From Miltoncostaeaceae bacterium (GTDB lineage Bacteria > Actinomycetota > Thermoleophilia > Miltoncostaeales > Miltoncostaeaceae), in NCBI GenBank assembly GCA_963834875.1, contig CAWIDG010000025.1, forward strand, positions 61,593 through 125,592: a DNA stretch of 64,000 nucleotides, written 5' to 3'. Positions 60,979 through 64,000 of the stretch are shown here, one piece after another. Positions within the stretch are counted from its first letter, which is position 1; each line of letters starts with the position of its first letter. Below the pieces are notes generated by a model. That model made no database searches. It had not been told where the DNA came from and was given only the letters and a program-made list of their open reading frames with translations. A program made the position numbers and the translations under genes.

Positions 60979-61078
60979 TGCCGAGCTGTCCGGCGCGCCT
61001 CGGGAGACTCGAACGCCGACCCCGCGTGCCCAGACAGGGCCCTCAACCCTGTCGCGGTTCTACTGGCCGATGCTCGGC
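60979..61078 (-). other. aberrant tRNA-Leu(GAG)-like element (pseudo-tRNA or tRNA with indels)
   Basis: The minus strand reads GCCGAGC-AU-CGG-CCAGUAGAA-CCG-C-GACAGGG-UUGAGGG-CCCUGUC-...UUCGAGU...-GCUCGGC-A. It has a perfect 7-bp acceptor pairing, a 3-bp type-II D stem, and an anticodon hairpin with U33, GAG and G37. However, it is 100 nt long and has no proper T stem or variable arm. Confidence 0.45.
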
Positions 61079-61220
61079 ACGGGCGTCGTGGTCGCGGTGG
61101 TCGCGGTCGTCATGCTCGGCGTCGGCGGGCTGTTCGGTGCCGACTGGGAGCGGCGCCGGGTCGAGCGATACCTGGAACGCCACGACGACGTCGACCGCGG
61201 CGGTGCCGCGTAGCTCGCGG

Positions 61221-62267
61221 TCAGGTCGTGAGCGCGCCCTCCGCGAACGCGAGCGCCCGCCGCGCCAGGTGCCCCACGCCCTCCTCCAGCGCCGCGAAGG
61301 TCGGGTGGTCGGCGACCCCGGCCCGGAAGCGCAGGTACGACGTCTCCATGATCACGGCGATCTTCCAGCCGCCCAGCGCCGCGTACCACCGCGCGTCGGG
61401 CACCGGCGCACCGGTCAGCCCCTCGTAGCGACGGCGCAGCTCGGCGCGGCCGGAGAAGCCAGGCAGGTGCGTCACGTTGGCGACGGGGATCGCGAAGGGC
61501 TCCTCGCCCTCCTCGCGCCAGAAGTAGAGCAGCCACCCGAGGTCGGCGAGGGGGTCGCCCAGCGTCGAGAGCTCCCAGTCGATCACCGCCGCGACGCGCG
61601 CCGGCGAGGCGGGCGCGAGGATGACGTTGTCGAGCTTGAGGTCGCCGTGCAGGAGCGCCGGCGCCGGCGAGTCCGGCACGTGGTCTGCGAGCCACGCGCC
61701 CACCGCGTCGAGCTCGGGCAGCGCGCGGCCCCGCACCGCCTCCCGCTGCTCGCCCATGCGCCGGAGCTGACGCGCGAGGTACCCGTCCGGGCGCCCGTGG
61801 CCCTCCAGGCCGACCGCGCCGACGTCGATGGCGCGCAGGGCGACCAGCACGTTGACGAGGGCCTCGCCCATGCGCCGGCGGTCCGCGCGGCCCGCCAGGG
61901 CGGGGGGAAGCGCGGTGCGGACGCTGTGCCCGTGGACCCGCTCCATCAGGTAGAACGGCGCGCCGAGCACGTCCGGGTCCTCGCAGAGCGCGAGCGGCCG
62001 GGGGACCGGCACGCCCGTCCCGGCATCCGTGAGCGCCGCCAGCACCCGGTGCTCGCGCACGACGTCGTACGCCCCCCGCGGCAGCTCGCCGCGCGGCGGG
62101 CGGCGGAGGACCACCTCCCAGCCGGTGCCCGAGAGGAGGTACGTCAGGCACGACTGCCCCTCGCCGAGCCGGGCGATCGTGAAGGGGCCGTCGAGCTCCG
62201 GGACGTTGGCGGCGAGGAAGGCGGCGACCGCTGCGGGGTCGACCGCCGCCGGCTCGTCCGCCGTCAA
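61221..62267 (-). CDS. APH-family phosphotransferase (acyl-CoA dehydrogenase-associated kinase type)
   Basis: IARLGEGQSCLTYLL...FYLMERVHG...ALLHGDLKLDNVIL...AVIDWELSTLGDPLADLGW. The TTG start overlaps the upstream stop (TTGA). Confidence 0.8.
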   Translation of the reverse strand: MTADEPAAVDPAAVAAFLAANVPELDGPFTIARLGEGQSCLTYLLSGTGWEVVLRRPPRGELPRGAYDVVREHRVLAALTDAGTGVPVPRPLALCEDPDVLGAPFYLMERVHGHSVRTALPPALAGRADRRRMGEALVNVLVALRAIDVGAVGLEGHGRPDGYLARQLRRMGEQREAVRGRALPELDAVGAWLADHVPDSPAPALLHGDLKLDNVILAPASPARVAAVIDWELSTLGDPLADLGWLLYFWREEGEEPFAIPVANVTHLPGFSGRAELRRRYEGLTGAPVPDARWYAALGGWKIAVIMETSYLRFRAGVADHPTFAALEEGVGHLARRALAFAEGALTT

Positions 62268-63846
62268 CCGACTCGCCGCTCGCGTCCGGCCCACTCGCCC
62301 TCGCGCAGCACGAACTTCTGGACCTTGCCGGTGGAGGTCTTCGGCAGCTCGCCGAAGGCGACGGCCACCGGGCACTTGAAGTGCGCGAGGTGCTCGCGGC
62401 AGAAGTCGATGATCGCCTCGGCGCTCGTCTCCGCGCCGTCCTTGAGGGCCACGAACGCCTTCGGGCGCTCGCCCCAGCGGTCGTCTGGGATCGGCCACGA
62501 CCGCGCACTCGAGCACCGCCGGGTGGCGGCAGACGACCTGCTCGACCTCGATCGTGGAGATGTTCTCGCCGCCCGAGATCACCACGTCCTTGATGCGGTC
62601 GCGCAGCTCGATGTACCCGTCGGGGTGCCAGACGGCCACGTCGCCGGTGTGGAGCCAGCCTCCGCGGAACGCCTCCTCGGTGGCCTCCGGGTCGTCGTAG
62701 TAGCCGCGCATCACCGTGTTGCCGCGGGCCACGACCTCGCCGAGCGTGGCGCCGTCCCGCGGGACGTCCTCCATCCGCGCGTCCACCACCCGGACCGGGT
62801 CCGCGAGCAGGTGGCTGTGGCCCTGGCGCGCGAGCAGCCGCGACCGGGCGTCCTCGTCGAGGGCGGACCATCCGGGCTGCTCCACGCAGCTCGTGATCGG
62901 CGTGTAGGTCTCGGTGAGCCCGTAGAGGTGGATCGGGTGGAAGCCCAGCTCGCGCAGGCGGGCGAGCAGCGTCGGCGAGGGCGGCGCGCCGCCCATCGCG
63001 ACGGTCACGGCGCGCGCCAGCGGCGCGCGCCGCGGCGTGGTGGACGACGCCGATCTGCACCGTCGGCGCGCTGCACATGTGCGTGACGCCCTCCGCCTCG
63101 AGCAGCTCCCAGACGCGCGCCGGATCGGGCGCGCGCAGGCACACGTGCGTGCCGCCGACGGCCGTGACGGCCCAGGTGAAGCACCAGCCGTTGCCGTGGA
63201 ACATCGGGAGCGTCCACAGGTAGACGGTCCCATCGCCGAGGCCGGTGTGGAGGACGTCGCCGAGGGCGTTGAGGTGGGAGCCCCGGTGCGTGCACATGAC
63301 GCCCTTCGGCCGCCCGGTGGTGCCCGAGGTGTAGTTGATCGAGATCAGCTCGTCCTCGTGCTCCGGCGCGCCGCCCTGCGGTCCGCTCGGGTCAGCGGTG
63401 GCGAGCAGGTCCTCGTACGGATCGCCCGGGGCGCCCGTGTCGTCGACCCGGACCACCTGCAGCGCCGACAGGTCGAGGCCCTCCAGCGACCCGGTGAGCG
63501 CCGCGTCGACCAGCAGGAACCGCGCGCCCGAGTGGCCGAGGATGTAGCCGATCTCGGGCGCGGTGAGGCGAACGTTGACCGGCACCATCACCCCGCCGGC
63601 GAGGGGCACGCCGAAGTGCGCCTCGAGCATCGCCGGCGTGTTCGGGCACAGCAGCGCCACGCGGTCGCCGCGCGCGAGCCCGGCCGCGCGCAGGGCGCTC
63701 GCCAGCCGCCCGCAGCGGCCGGCCAGCTCCGCGTAGCCGTACCGGCGCGCCCCGTGGACGACCGCCGTGCGCTCGGGGAAGACGCGCGCCGACCGGTCCA
63801 GGAAGCTGACCGGGGTGAGCTCGGTGCGGTGGACGGGGCGGGTCAC
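62264..63846 (-). CDS. AMP-dependent acyl-CoA synthetase/ligase, 2 apparent frameshifts (about 63030 and 62490)
   Basis: INYTSGTTGRPKGVMCTH lies in frame 1. HLYGLTETY...WLHTGDVAV...ELRDRIKDVVISGGENI lies in frame 2. The tail, PDDRWGERPKAFVALKDG...ELPKTSTGKVQKFVLR, lies in frame 3 (ORF 62264..62452). Confidence 0.88.
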
Positions 63847-64000
63847 GCCGCGCCCTCCCGCTCGCGCCGCCGCCGGCTCACGGCGCGCCGCGCGATCGAC
63901 CAGCGGTGCGCCTCGGAGGGGCCGTCGTAGATCCGGAAGGGCCGCACCTCTGACATGTAGCGCGCGAGCGGGAGGTCGTGCGAGACGCCGAGCGCGCCGC
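63843..64000 (-). CDS. acyl-CoA dehydrogenase, C-terminal end only (5' part outside the window)
   Basis: The minus-strand reading ...GALGVSHDLPLARYMSEVRPFRIYDGPSEAHRWSIARR is a typical ACAD C-terminus. Its stop overlaps the ACS GTG (GTGA). Confidence 0.75.
   Translation of the reverse strand, partial: GALGVSHDLPLARYMSEVRPFRIYDGPSEAHRWSIARRAVSRRRREREGAA

Noticed and set aside
60979-61078. The tRNA-like element considered as an attR duplicate of the tRNA-Ala 3' end, which would delimit an integrated element.
   Set aside because: Its sequence is Leu(GAG)-like and shares no extended identity with the 3' half of tRNA-Ala at 54985-55021. It also lies on the opposite strand. No integrase is present.
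55022-61078. The islet considered as a prophage, ICE or transposon.
   Set aside because: I could recognise no integrase, transposase, relaxase, phage structural genes or terminal inverted repeats. Only the compositional shift and the tRNA adjacency support foreign origin.
61070-61213. A 48-aa hydrophobic ORF (MLGTGVVVAVVAVVMLGVGGLF...) on the plus strand.
   Set aside because: It overlaps the 5' end of the tRNA-Leu-like element and has no RBS or homology support. It is probably fortuitous.

Overview
High-GC (roughly 70-75% G+C by eye) actinobacterial-type chromosomal window with about 75 recognisable genes, mostly housekeeping or accessory metabolism. No rRNA, CRISPR, transposase or integrase was seen.

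Main blocks:
- 5'-partial RumA-like methyltransferase, a decayed Vgb-like beta-propeller, and an AKR/LysR pair.
- CDP-alcohol phosphatidyltransferase plus a GT4 fused to a degenerate PHP-like domain.
- One heat-shock super-operon, dnaK-hsp20-grpE-dnaJ-hspR-clpB (12.6-19.7 kb), behind an AT-rich promoter with HAIR-like repeats.
- Sulfotransferase/GYD/MBL cluster flanked by paralogous 4-TM proteins.
- Surface-glycan cluster: orphan PhoR-like kinase, DegT aminotransferase, SDR, DUF354 and a CapD/PglF-like dehydratase.
- HxlR-hemerythrin/cupin pair, then lon with twin GGTTAC-N5-GTAACC palindromes around its promoter.
- A LysR-linked operon of an FAD flavoprotein, phosphosulfolactate synthase (ComA) and ATP sulfurylase. 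This is my best candidate for an undescribed sulfonate pathway.
- Cytochrome P460-like lipoprotein, two secreted glycosidase-like proteins, nhaA, a SigB/RsbW/STAS module, uppP and further AKRs.
- tRNA-Ala followed by a ~6 kb lower-GC islet (two response regulators, a decayed GAF-GAF kinase, hydrolase, NTF2-like and DUF genes). The islet ends at an aberrant tRNA-Leu(GAG)-like element.
- An acyl-CoA dehydrogenase / synthetase / APH-kinase operon.

Two window-wide peculiarities:
- About 35 single-base frame changes interrupt otherwise conserved genes, including dnaJ and lon. This looks more like indel error in the assembly than real decay, except in a few heavily hit genes.
- A 12-13 nt near-palindrome, GGCCAAGTGGCC(A), occurs at three loci. 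At two of them it forms arrays phased at exactly 23 bp.

All functional calls come from reading the translated ORFs. No database search was run.
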